Shown in pieces: positions 17,151 through 25,254 of a DNA stretch of 26,263 nt. Source of the stretch: Gemmatimonadota bacterium (GTDB lineage Bacteria; Gemmatimonadota; Gemmatimonadetes; Gemmatimonadales; Gemmatimonadaceae); the NCBI GenBank assembly GCA_040389905.1, contig JAZJZK010000032.1, positions 71,072 to 97,334 of the forward strand. Reading direction: 5' to 3'. Below the pieces are notes generated by a model. That model was not told the origin of the DNA, ran no database searches, and saw only the letters and a list, made by a program, of their open reading frames with translations. The stretch's first letter is position 1. Each line of letters begins with the position of its first letter. A program made the translations under genes and the position numbers.

Positions 17151-18992
17151 GTGCGCAAGCTCATCGTCGTCGCCACGCTGCTGTTCAGTGCTGCGTGCGC
17201 GAACAAGAATCAGAAGGCCGTTCCCGTCGCCACGCAGGCCGTTCAGCGTCGCGACATCGTGATCGATGCGCAGGCGACGGGCGTCGTCGAGCCGATCAAC
17301 GTCGTCGAAGTCAAGTCGAAGGCGGGCGGCATGATCGTCAAGCTGCCCGTCGAGACCGGAACACAAGTGAAGGAGGGAGACCTCCTCGTGCAGATCGAAA
17401 CGCGCGACGTGCAGAACCAGTACGATCAGGTCGCGGCGCAGCTCGATGCGGCGAAATCCAAGCTCGACGTTTCCGCGGCACAGAAGAAGCGCGCCGATGA
17501 ACTCTTCAAGAGCCGGATCATCACGGCCACCGAACACGAAGCGGCGCAGATCGACTACGCCAATGCCCAGTCGCAACTCGTCTCCGCACGCACCAGCCTG
17601 GACCTGCGCAAGCAGAGCCTCGAGGATGCCACGGTTCGCGCGCCGGTTGGCGGCACCATCATCGAAAAGACGGTATCGCTGGGCACGGTGATCACGTCGG
17701 CCACCGGCGCGTTCGGCGGTGGAACGACGCTGCTCAAGATGGCGGACCTGAGTCGCGTCCGCATTCGCGCGCAGTTCAATGAGACGGATATCGGGCAGAT
17801 CCAGCCCGGACAGACGGCGACGGTGACGGTGGATGCCTATCCCGAGCGCCGCTTCACCGGTCTCGTGGAAAAGATCGAGCCGTCGGCCGTGATCGTGCAG
17901 AACGTCACGATGTTCCCGGTGCTGGTCACGCTCGAGAATGGCGAAGGGCTGCTCAAGCCCGGCATGAACGGCGAAACGAGTGTGCTCGTCGATCAGCGGT
18001 CTGGCGTCCTCGCCGTACCGAATGACGCCGTGCGCAACACGCGCGAGGCCGCGGCCACTGCGCCGCTCCTCGGCCTGAATCCGGACAGCGTGCGTGCGCA
18101 GGTTGCGGCACAGCAGAGCGCCGGTCGTGGAGGGCGCGCGGGTGGCGGCGGTGCGCCAGGAGCACCGGGCGCGCCCGGCGCGGCACCAGCTGGTGCGCCG
18201 GCAACGACTGGAACGGCGCGCGGTGACGTCGCGCTCGATCTCCAGGGCCAAGGTTTCCAGGGCGGCCAGGGTGGCGGCGGTCGCGGCCCGCAGGTCGAGG
18301 TAACGGACAAGGAATGCAAGGACATCGCGGCGGCCTTCAAGAAGAAGCCCGCCGAGCAGAAGAAGCTCGACGATATGCGGGCGAAGATGATGAGCGGTGC
18401 GATGGACCGCGAAGCGATGCGCACGGAATCGGCCGCGATTTACAAGGCGGTCGGCGTTGACGGACCGAAGGCGAGCGCCTGCCGTCGCAAGGAAGCGATG
18501 GCGAATGGCGGCGGACGCGGTGGTTTGGGTGGTCGGAATGGCGGCGCAGGCGGCGCGGGCGGTGCCGGTGGCGTCGCGGGTGCCGGACGTCAGGGTGCCG
18601 GCGGTGCCGGCGCGCAGGGCAATCGTCGCGGCGGCGGCGCGGGTGGCCTCACCATCGGCGGTGAGGGTGGTGGTTTAGGCGGTCCTCGGCGGTCGCGCTC
18701 TGGCCTCGTGTTCGTGAAGAAGGGCGAGACCTTCGAGCCACGCGTCATCCAGCTCGGCGCGGCGAACTTCGACTACACCGAAGTCACGAGTGGCCTCAAG
18801 GAAGGCGAGCAGGTCGCGATGCTTGCGGCGGCCGCACTTCAGGCAGCGCGCCAGCAGCAGAATGATCGTCAGCGCGCCAACAGCGGCGTTCCGGGCATGA
18901 CGACGACACCTGCGGGTGGTGGTGGCGGACCTGGTGGCGGCGGTGGTGGTGGCGGCCGTGGTGGTGCTGGTGGCGGCGGCCGTGGTGGTTGA
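17151..18992 (+). CDS. Efflux periplasmic adaptor (MFP, MacA/HlyD-like) with long Gly-rich insertions
   Basis: Lipobox LFSAAC after GTG 17151 (alternative GTG 17061); ATGVVEP..VEVKSKAGG; VRAPVGGTII; NETDIGQIQPGQ; LKPGMN; VLAVPNDAV; EVTSGLKEGEQV. Confidence 0.92.
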   Translation: MRKLIVVATLLFSAACANKNQKAVPVATQAVQRRDIVIDAQATGVVEPINVVEVKSKAGGMIVKLPVETGTQVKEGDLLVQIETRDVQNQYDQVAAQLDAAKSKLDVSAAQKKRADELFKSRIITATEHEAAQIDYANAQSQLVSARTSLDLRKQSLEDATVRAPVGGTIIEKTVSLGTVITSATGAFGGGTTLLKMADLSRVRIRAQFNETDIGQIQPGQTATVTVDAYPERRFTGLVEKIEPSAVIVQNVTMFPVLVTLENGEGLLKPGMNGETSVLVDQRSGVLAVPNDAVRNTREAAATAPLLGLNPDSVRAQVAAQQSAGRGGRAGGGGAPGAPGAPGAAPAGAPATTGTARGDVALDLQGQGFQGGQGGGGRGPQVEVTDKECKDIAAAFKKKPAEQKKLDDMRAKMMSGAMDREAMRTESAAIYKAVGVDGPKASACRRKEAMANGGGRGGLGGRNGGAGGAGGAGGVAGAGRQGAGGAGAQGNRRGGGAGGLTIGGEGGGLGGPRRSRSGLVFVKKGETFEPRVIQLGAANFDYTEVTSGLKEGEQVAMLAAAALQAARQQQNDRQRANSGVPGMTTTPAGGGGGPGGGGGGGGRGGAGGGGRGG

Positions 18993-19032
18993 TCGAGTCA
19001 TAAGAGTCCCTCGGTAAACCACTGGAGAAACC

Positions 19033-20253
19033 ATGTTATTCGGCGAAGTCATTACCGTAGCGCTCGGAGCGCTACGTGCGAACAAGCTCCGGTCCCTGCT
19101 CACGATGCTCGGCATCGTGATCGGGGTGGGAGCAGTCATTGCGGTCGTCGCGCTCGGCAACGGTGCGCAGTCCGCGGTCAAAGACCGCATCAGTTCACTC
19201 GGAACCACGCTGCTGACGGTGAACCCCGGCCAGCAGCGCGGCGGTGGCGGTGTGTCGTTCGACCAGAACGTGAAGCTCACCATGGCCGACGCGCAGGCGC
19301 TCGAGGAAAAGGCGACGAAGCTCAACGCCGTCCAGCCGGAGATCAATTCGCGGTCGCAGGTGACGTATCAGAACCAGAACACCCTCACGTCGATCGTCGG
19401 TACGACGGCGAACTACCTGGAAGTCCGGAAGTACGAGCTGTCCGCGGGGCGCATGTTCACCCGCGCCGAGGACGAAGGACGCCAGCGCGTGGTGGTCCTC
19501 GGCCCGACGATTCTGGAGAACCTGAACATTCGCGCCCCCGAGGCCATTATCGGGGAAAACGTGCGCATCAAGGGAATTCAGTTCCAGGTGGTCGGCGTGC
19601 TCAAGTCCAAGGGGCAGGCGTCGCCGTTCGGCAATCCCGATGACCAGGTGCTCATTCCGATCACGACCGGCCGCTTCCGCGTCTTCGGAAACGACCGCCT
19701 GCGGTCGATCAGCGTGCTCGCACGCACCGAGGACGAAATCCCGGACGCGATGGCCGATATTCAAAGCGTGCTGCGTCGCGAGCATCGCCTGGCACGTGGC
19801 CGGCCGGACGACTTCCAGATCCGTAGTCAGGCAGACTTCCTGAACACGCTGGGCGAAACGACCGCAGTGTTCACGTATCTGCTCAGCGGCATTGCCGCCG
19901 TGTCACTGCTCGTCGGCGGCATCGGCATCATGAACATCATGCTCGTATCGGTCACCGAACGCACGCGCGAGATCGGCATTCGCAAGGCGTTAGGGGCGAC
20001 AAAGATGAACATCCTCCTTCAGTTCCTCATCGAAGCCGTCGTGTTGTGCCTCCTTGGCGGGTTGGTCGGCGCGATGGTTGGCAGCGGCGGAGCATTGGCG
20101 ATGAGCAAGATGGCGCAGTGGAATACACAGATTTCCCCCTCGTCGATCATGCTTGCCTTCGTGTTCTCGGCAGTGGTTGGGGTGGTGTTCGGCGTGTGGC
20201 CGGCGCGACGTGCGGCGAGCCTGGACCCGATCGTGGCGCTCCGGTACGAGTAA
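19033..20253 (+). CDS. MacB/FtsX-like ABC transporter permease (no fused nucleotide-binding domain)
   Basis: NKLRSLLTMLGIVIGV; SLLVGGIGIMNIMLVSVTERTREIGIRKALGA; PARRAASLDPIVALRYE; GGAG RBS upstream. Confidence 0.95.
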   Translation: MLFGEVITVALGALRANKLRSLLTMLGIVIGVGAVIAVVALGNGAQSAVKDRISSLGTTLLTVNPGQQRGGGGVSFDQNVKLTMADAQALEEKATKLNAVQPEINSRSQVTYQNQNTLTSIVGTTANYLEVRKYELSAGRMFTRAEDEGRQRVVVLGPTILENLNIRAPEAIIGENVRIKGIQFQVVGVLKSKGQASPFGNPDDQVLIPITTGRFRVFGNDRLRSISVLARTEDEIPDAMADIQSVLRREHRLARGRPDDFQIRSQADFLNTLGETTAVFTYLLSGIAAVSLLVGGIGIMNIMLVSVTERTREIGIRKALGATKMNILLQFLIEAVVLCLLGGLVGAMVGSGGALAMSKMAQWNTQISPSSIMLAFVFSAVVGVVFGVWPARRAASLDPIVALRYE

Positions 20254-20279
20254 CAGCTTCCGATAGCACTTTCTGCCAG

Positions 20280-20330
20280 ACGGGGCCGGCTCCAATCCAC
20301 TGGAGCCGGCCCCGTTTGGTTTTCCTTCTT
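20280..20330 (+). terminator. Rho-independent terminator of the ECF-efflux operon
   Basis: 15-bp stem acggggccggctcca / tggagccggccccgt with a 6-nt loop, followed by T-rich ttggttttccttctt. Confidence 0.85.
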
Positions 20331-20393
20331 TCAAATTCGCGCAATCCGGGTTCCCGGCTCCGGCGCCGCGATCTCGCAATGCGGCAGTTTCAG
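20318..20393 (+). repeat. Family C repeat, right half
   Basis: About 82% identical to 12673-12749 by hand alignment; ends in ggcagtttcag. Confidence 0.8.
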
Positions 20394-20411
20394 TAAAGCA
20401 AGAAACGCTTT

Positions 20412-20598
20412 ACCGCAGAGGACGCAAAGGCCAAGCGCACTATGAACAACATCCGATGCGCCGGTCCGCAGAGGGTCGCAGAGGACTACGAGAGAACCGG
20501 CACTCCCCTCAAACTCCGTTCCGAAGTCCTCTGCGGTCCTTTGCGGTCCGGCGCATTGATGAGTGCACGGAGGGCAGAACCTCCGCGTCCTCTGCGGT
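20412..20598. repeat. Family A nested palindrome (REPIN-like, about 187 bp)
   Basis: Outer arms accgcagaggacgcaaagg (20412-20430) / cctccgcgtcctctgcggt (20580-20598); inner arms 20456-20487 / 20525-20556 (28/32 complementary). Confidence 0.88.
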
Positions 20599-20663
20599 CA
20601 AGAGCTCTTGCCGAGCGACCAGAAAAAAGCTCCGTGCGGGTCACCGAACCCCCGAGCTCGCGA

Positions 20664-21698
20664 TCAGCGTTTCTCAGCGAAGACTGCTACTCGGCCGCGT
20701 GGCCCAACCGCAAATCCGACCGATCTCGAGGCGAAGACGACGGAGTTGTACGCCGTGGTGTCGACCGACGTCCAGGTGAGTCCTCCGTCGTTCGAGATAT
20801 CCGTTCCGGACAGGCCCACTGCAACCAACATCTGCCCGTCGGTGCCGGGCACGTAGGCCACCGCAGACCGATAGCCCGCAGGTGACGTCGCGCTATCGAC
20901 GACGGCCCACGTGACACCACCGTCCGCCGTCAGCGCGAGATTGCGGCCTCGCAAATTGGGTTGTGTGTAATCGCCACCGGCGATCACGCCGTGCTTTGCG
21001 TCGCGGAACGCAACCGAAAACACTCCCGCTGCTGCGACTCCGGCGCGGAGTGGCGTGTCGCTGACGCTCCACGTCTTCCCACGATCGGGAGAGTGATACA
21101 CGCGCGCGGATGCGGCGCCGCCGCTTGCAAACCACACATCGCCAGATCCGAGCACGGTGAGGCAGCTTCCGCTGGCGGCGAATCCACCTTCGCCGGGAAG
21201 TGCGGGCGGCAACCGGTCCTGCGGAATTTCCTTCCACGTATCCCCGCCATCGTCGGTCGTAACCAACAGGAATCGGCCGTCCACCGGATCGCTCATGGCG
21301 ATACCGTGCTTCTCATCCCAGAAGCGGATCGCGTCGAAGAATGAGCCCTTTCGCAGGCTCATGAATTGGAGTGTCCAGCTTCGTCCACCGTCGGTCGTGC
21401 GGAAGATGCGTGAGGAGTCAGCGATGCTCATCGCGTGCGCGACGTTCGCGGATGTCGCCGCGATCGCGCGCAGGTCGAGCTTTGTCGCGCCGGGGATGGT
21501 GTCGCTCGTCCATGTCTTTCCCCCGTCGACGGTGCGCGCCACCGTGCCGCGGACGCCGCTCGCCCACGCGACGGTCGGCGAGACCACACTCAAGCCGCGG
21601 AGCTCGCCGGTAGTGCCTGAGACCTGGCTGACCCACTGCGACTGCGCGGGTGTGGCGACGACGAGGAGCGCCAGAAGGCTGAGTCGTGTGGTCTGCAT
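20664..21698 (-). CDS. Secreted BNR/Asp-box beta-propeller protein (YCF48-related)
   Basis: Signal peptide; repeated T/S-x-DGG-x-T/S-W boxes (TVDGGKTW, TTDGGRSW, TDDGGDTW, SPDRGKTW, TADGGVTW, SNDGGLTW); GEGGFAASG. Confidence 0.9.
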   Translation of the reverse strand: MQTTRLSLLALLVVATPAQSQWVSQVSGTTGELRGLSVVSPTVAWASGVRGTVARTVDGGKTWTSDTIPGATKLDLRAIAATSANVAHAMSIADSSRIFRTTDGGRSWTLQFMSLRKGSFFDAIRFWDEKHGIAMSDPVDGRFLLVTTDDGGDTWKEIPQDRLPPALPGEGGFAASGSCLTVLGSGDVWFASGGAASARVYHSPDRGKTWSVSDTPLRAGVAAAGVFSVAFRDAKHGVIAGGDYTQPNLRGRNLALTADGGVTWAVVDSATSPAGYRSAVAYVPGTDGQMLVAVGLSGTDISNDGGLTWTSVDTTAYNSVVFASRSVGFAVGPRGRVAVFAEKR

Positions 21699-21800
21699 GG
21701 TAAGTCGATGTGCTGGTTGATCATGCGTGATGCCGTGCCTGTCGGCTCACCACGGTACAAAGTATGCCTTGGTCAAGCCATGCGTAGCCAGGAGGGCTTG

Positions 21801-22292
21801 ATGTTGAATGGAAAGGAACGCGAAGCGTTTGCGCTGCATGTGATCGACGAGGTCAGGCGTTGGCCGGGGGTCGAGATGCGCCCCCACGCCGGCCAGGGCG
21901 AGCCGGGTGAGTCCGACGGCGTGGAATTCCGTCTGTTCGGACGCCAGATCGGTCACGTTCACGGTGATTGCGCCGTCCATCTCGCCTTGACCAAGGCACT
22001 GAAGGAGATGGTCGTCAATGAACAACTCGCCGAGCCGCTGCCGGTGGCGCCCTCCTCGGGGTGGGCGATGTTCAATCCAATCCAACAAGACGACGCGGAG
22101 CGTGCGATCTGGCTCCTCCGTCTCAACTATGTTCGCCTTCGGCGTCAGCGCATGACCCCTGAAGCGGCGCGAGAGTCCGAGGTGCTCCAACAGCACCAGA
22201 ACGCGCTGCTCGCGATCAGCTCAGACATCAATCGGGTGCTCGAGCGTACGCAGCGGCGTGCACCGCGGCCGCTCCCGTCGTTAGAGGCGTAG
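21801..22292 (+). CDS. DUF5519/luciferase-like domain protein
   Basis: WPGVEMRPH..GVEFRLFGRQIGHVHGD..SGWA..AIWLLRLNY; GGAGG RBS before ATG 21801. Confidence 0.75.
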   Translation: MLNGKEREAFALHVIDEVRRWPGVEMRPHAGQGEPGESDGVEFRLFGRQIGHVHGDCAVHLALTKALKEMVVNEQLAEPLPVAPSSGWAMFNPIQQDDAERAIWLLRLNYVRLRRQRMTPEAARESEVLQQHQNALLAISSDINRVLERTQRRAPRPLPSLEA

Positions 22293-22529
22293 CGCCGCAA
22301 TATCGACGCTGCTGCCACTGACGTACGAGGAACGCGGTATCGTGTACCCTGACTGGCATTCAACCCAAGAGGAGCCATCGTCACAGGCGCTGGCATCTAC
22401 ACGGCGCCAAACGCCGTCAGCAGCTGCATCGGCGCTTCTTGTCACGGATACGTCGATGGCTCCTTTTGGCCAGTGTGCCAGTCCGGGTACAAGCGTCAGG
22501 GTACGTCGTACGTCTGTGTATTTCGCATA

Positions 22530-22883
22530 CTACATGATCGGCTGTCCTCGAAAAATGAAGTACACCGCGCCGCAGATGCAGAGAGCCGCCCAGAGGAAGT
22601 CCAGCCTGAGCGGCTGCCGCATGTAGTACACCGCGAATGGCACGAACACGGCGAGCGTGATCGCCTCCTGGATGATCTTGAGCTGGCCCAGCGAGAGCGC
22701 CGTGTAGCCGATGCGGTTGGCGGGCACTTGGAGGAGATACTCGAAGAGCGCGATCCCCCAGCTGATGAAGGCCGCGACATACCAGGGGCGCCCGCTGAGA
22801 TTCTTGAGGTGGGCGTACCAGGCGAACGTCATGAAGACATTCGAGAGGACGAGCAGACCTACAGTCCGGATGATGATCGGCAT
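22530..22883 (-). CDS. DMT superfamily membrane protein (DUF486/DMT_6)
   Basis: SNVFMTFAWYAHLK, SWGIALFEYLLQVPANRIG, QLKIIQEAITL are family hallmarks. Confidence 0.92.
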   Translation of the reverse strand: MPIIIRTVGLLVLSNVFMTFAWYAHLKNLSGRPWYVAAFISWGIALFEYLLQVPANRIGYTALSLGQLKIIQEAITLAVFVPFAVYYMRQPLRLDFLWAALCICGAVYFIFRGQPIM

Positions 22884-22933
22884 GGTGGGCGAAATGGAGT
22901 TCTCGGCAGGGTGTCCCCCCAATATCGTCACCC

Positions 22934-22960
22934 GGAAACCTCCTCGCCCGCGCGTCCGTA
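22934..22960 (+). promoter_or_regulatory. Candidate ECF sigma promoter
   Basis: GGAAAC-N17-CGTA, same spacing and same GTCCGTA -10 context as 14333-14362. Confidence 0.5.
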
Positions 22961-23019
22961 CTGTATCATTGCGGAGGCCGTCCCCGGCGCCCGCCGATCA
23001 TTCCGAGTGGAGCTCCCCC

Positions 23020-23403
23020 ATGTCGACGCTGCTCAAAGCCATCGCCCTCAATCTCTTCGCCGGTCGCACGATTGGTGGGGCCTTCACGCTGTTGTCGATG
23101 ATCATGGTTCCGCTTGCGGCCGTCCTCAAGTTCATCGGCCTGCCCATTCTGCTGGTACTCGGCCTGGTTGGTGCGCCGATCTTCCTGCTGCTGGGCGCGC
23201 TGGGCCTGCCAGGACTGCTTGTCGCCGGCATCGGTGGCTCGCTGTTGCTGGTCGTCGGGATCGTACTCGCGGTCGGCCTCATGGCGCTCAAGATCGTGCT
23301 GCCGATCATCCTGGTCGTCTGGCTGGTGAAGTGGATCTTCCGCAAGACGAAGACGGCGCCGGCCGTGTCGACCGACGTACCCCCCGCTGCCGAGGCGATC
23401 TAG
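23020..23403 (+). CDS. Hypothetical hydrophobic membrane protein (127 aa)
   Basis: MSTLLKAIALNLFAGRTIGGAF...; long Gly/Leu-rich hydrophobic stretch; GGAG upstream. Confidence 0.8.
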   Translation: MSTLLKAIALNLFAGRTIGGAFTLLSMIMVPLAAVLKFIGLPILLVLGLVGAPIFLLLGALGLPGLLVAGIGGSLLLVVGIVLAVGLMALKIVLPIILVVWLVKWIFRKTKTAPAVSTDVPPAAEAI

Positions 23404-23407
23404 ACGC

Positions 23408-23460
23408 TGTCACCCCGAGCGAAGTCGAGGGGTCTGCGCCTTCCGCTGTTCTGAGGTGCA
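23408..23460 (+). repeat. Family B REP-like repeat
   Basis: tgtcaccccgagcgaagtcgaggggtctgcgcct...gaggtgca; near-identical to 26149-26182. Confidence 0.88.
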
Positions 23461-23474
23461 CACGGCTCGGTAAG

Positions 23475-23591
23475 AGCTTCACGCAGAGGACGCAGAGAAA
23501 AGAAACAGCCGCAGAGAGCGCAGAGGACGACGTGGTTTCCTCTGCGGTCTCTGCGGCTTTTTTAGTTCCTCTGCGTCCTCTGCGTGAGGCT
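23475..23591. repeat. Family A nested palindrome (REPIN-like)
   Basis: tcacgcagaggacgcagag ... ctctgcgtcctctgcgtga outer arms; agccgcagagagcgcagagga / tcctctgcggtctctgcggct inner arms. Confidence 0.9.
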
Positions 23592-23619
23592 TTTGCAGTT
23601 GCCCCGTTACGGCCCCGGC

Positions 23620-23727
23620 TTATCGCTTCCGGTTCATCCGCGCCTTGAACCAACGCCACCGCGCGAACGAGAGCACGACGAACACCACCGCCAGGGTAAT
23701 CGCGAGCGGCCAGTCGATATCGCTCAT
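23620..23727 (-). CDS. Small membrane peptide (35 aa)
   Basis: MSDIDWPLAITLAVVFVVLSFARWRWFKARMNRKR*; ATGA-coupled to the upstream DUF1569 gene; TM helix followed by a basic tail. Confidence 0.6.
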   Translation of the reverse strand: MSDIDWPLAITLAVVFVVLSFARWRWFKARMNRKR

Positions 23728-24167
23728 ACGTTGAACTGCCGTAGGTGATGGTCGGTGTGGCGGTACGCGAGCACTCCCCAATCGGTCCGAGACATCGTGC
23801 CGAACACCGGATGCGCCGGCCACGGCTTCGCTGAATCGCGTTGGCCGAACTGCTCGAGCATTGCCACGAGGTCGTCGACTTCACCGTCCCACGCGGAGGG
23901 CGCACGCGAGCGGAGCTCGGGCGCCGTCGGAAGCCCCTTCGGAAATGGGATGACGTAGATCAAGAGCTGCTTGAGCGGCGGGAAACGAACCGGAACCTTC
24001 TTTGACCTTACGGCCAGATCACCGGTCGCCATCCGGAGCGCATCCGCGAGGTGCACGACCATCTCCGGGGCAGACATCTTTCCCCAACGCGGAACCGCCG
24101 CAGGCGTCAGCTTCGCGATACGAGCGGCGAACTCCTCCCGCGCGGCAGCAGCGTGCAGTGACTTCAT
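23724..24167 (-). CDS. DUF1569/DinB-superfamily protein
   Basis: RIAKLTP..WGKMSAPEMVVHL; HPVFGTMSRTDWGVLAYRHTDHHLRQF. Confidence 0.88.
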   Translation of the reverse strand: MKSLHAAAAREEFAARIAKLTPAAVPRWGKMSAPEMVVHLADALRMATGDLAVRSKKVPVRFPPLKQLLIYVIPFPKGLPTAPELRSRAPSAWDGEVDDLVAMLEQFGQRDSAKPWPAHPVFGTMSRTDWGVLAYRHTDHHLRQFNV

Positions 24168-24175
24168 TGGAGTCG

Positions 24176-24649
24176 TCAGGCCCCGATGGAGATTCCAGCG
24201 GACACGATGGTATCGTGCGGGTCGAGTACCGAGCGACTCGCGCGCCTGAGGTAACCGATGCGCCCGCCGATACCGAACACGAGCATCCAGTGCGCCTCGA
24301 CGCCGACGTAGGTCGTGTGTGCGCTCGCCTTCCACGGCTCATCGTTCGTGCGAACGACGGCGCCACGCACCGAATAGCCGGAACCGAACGAGCCGATCAT
24401 CCGAAAATACCCGGCGGAGATTTCCGTTCCCTGGTGACCCGGCTCGAGCGTGGCAATGAAGCCGTCGTTCCGCTTGCCGTCGAAGTCTGCCATGAAACCG
24501 AGCGCCACCGAGGTGCGCAGGGGCGAACCATAGTGAACGCCAAAGGCCGCTGACATCTTCGGGCCTGGCTCGGACGTGTGCGCCGCGTCCTGCGCCTGCA
24601 TCTGCAAGGCGGGGGCGAGCAGCATCGCAAATACAACCGTGTGGCGCAT
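24176..24649 (-). CDS. Hypothetical secreted protein, possibly a small outer-membrane beta-barrel
   Basis: Signal peptide MRHTVVFAMLLAPALQMQA; alternating amphipathic strands; ends VSAGISIGA. Confidence 0.65.
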   Translation of the reverse strand: MRHTVVFAMLLAPALQMQAQDAAHTSEPGPKMSAAFGVHYGSPLRTSVALGFMADFDGKRNDGFIATLEPGHQGTEISAGYFRMIGSFGSGYSVRGAVVRTNDEPWKASAHTTYVGVEAHWMLVFGIGGRIGYLRRASRSVLDPHDTIVSAGISIGA

Positions 24650-24696
24650 GCGCTAATCCTGCACCGTTGCAGGCCGCGCGTCTAGTTGCCCCCATC

Positions 24697-24752
24697 TGTC
24701 ACCCCGAGCGAGAAAATGCAGATCCCTCGACTTCACTCGGCTCACGACGACA
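24697..24752. repeat. Family B REP doublet with internal deletion
   Basis: tgtcaccccgagcga (24697-24711) then tgcagatccctcgacttcactcgg (24717-24740), the reverse complement of the family B arm. Confidence 0.8.
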
Positions 24753-25245
24753 CCGACCGCGACTTCACTTCCTCCTCGGTCAACCCGTAGATCGGCGGCA
24801 CAGCCACACCGCGCATCCCAAGCATCATGTAGAGCTGACCACGATGATGCGCTTCGTGTTCGACCATCGCGCGGAGCCACTTGTACGTCGTGATCGGCGT
24901 GCCCGCGGGGGTCATGCTCTTGCCCGCAAGCTGCTCGGGCGTCAGTTGGGCAAAGATCGCCAGTGATTCTTCGTGCTTCCGCTCGAAGTATTCACGGACG
25001 GCATCCAGCCCGTCGGCGAGCTCGCGCCCATGTCCCGCATAGCGACTCGGCCGGCCGGCAACGTTTTCCGCATACATATCGCGTTCGATCCCAGCGAGAT
25101 GTCGCACGATGTCGCCGATAGTCCAGCGTCCCTCGGCGTAGCTCCACTCGAGGTCAACGTCACGAACGCAGTCGACGACGCGGCGCGTTCTCTGTCGCAC
25201 GCCTCGCCAGTATTCAACGAATTCACCTGCGGAATCGATGCGCAT
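24742..25245 (-). CDS. DinB family protein
   Basis: WTIGDIVRHLA and VEHEAHHRGQLYMMLGMRG (His triad of the DinB/YfiT fold). Confidence 0.9.
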   Translation of the reverse strand: MRIDSAGEFVEYWRGVRQRTRRVVDCVRDVDLEWSYAEGRWTIGDIVRHLAGIERDMYAENVAGRPSRYAGHGRELADGLDAVREYFERKHEESLAIFAQLTPEQLAGKSMTPAGTPITTYKWLRAMVEHEAHHRGQLYMMLGMRGVAVPPIYGLTEEEVKSRSVSS

Positions 25246-25254
25246 GCGGTGACC

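Noticed and set aside
20442..20885. 147-aa ORF and other short ORFs over repeats (3946-4225, 8132-8375, 9225-9890, 23306-23905)
   Set aside because: Translations of palindromic or tandem repeats, or antisense to real genes
22884..23019. Guanidine-II riboswitch upstream of the DMT gene
   Set aside because: Only one weak GGGG-ACGG-CCUC hairpin on the minus strand, about 90 nt from the start; the second ACGR hairpin is missing
20412..23591. Family A repeats as a CRISPR array
   Set aside because: Arms are inverted and nested rather than direct repeats with unique spacers; no cas genes
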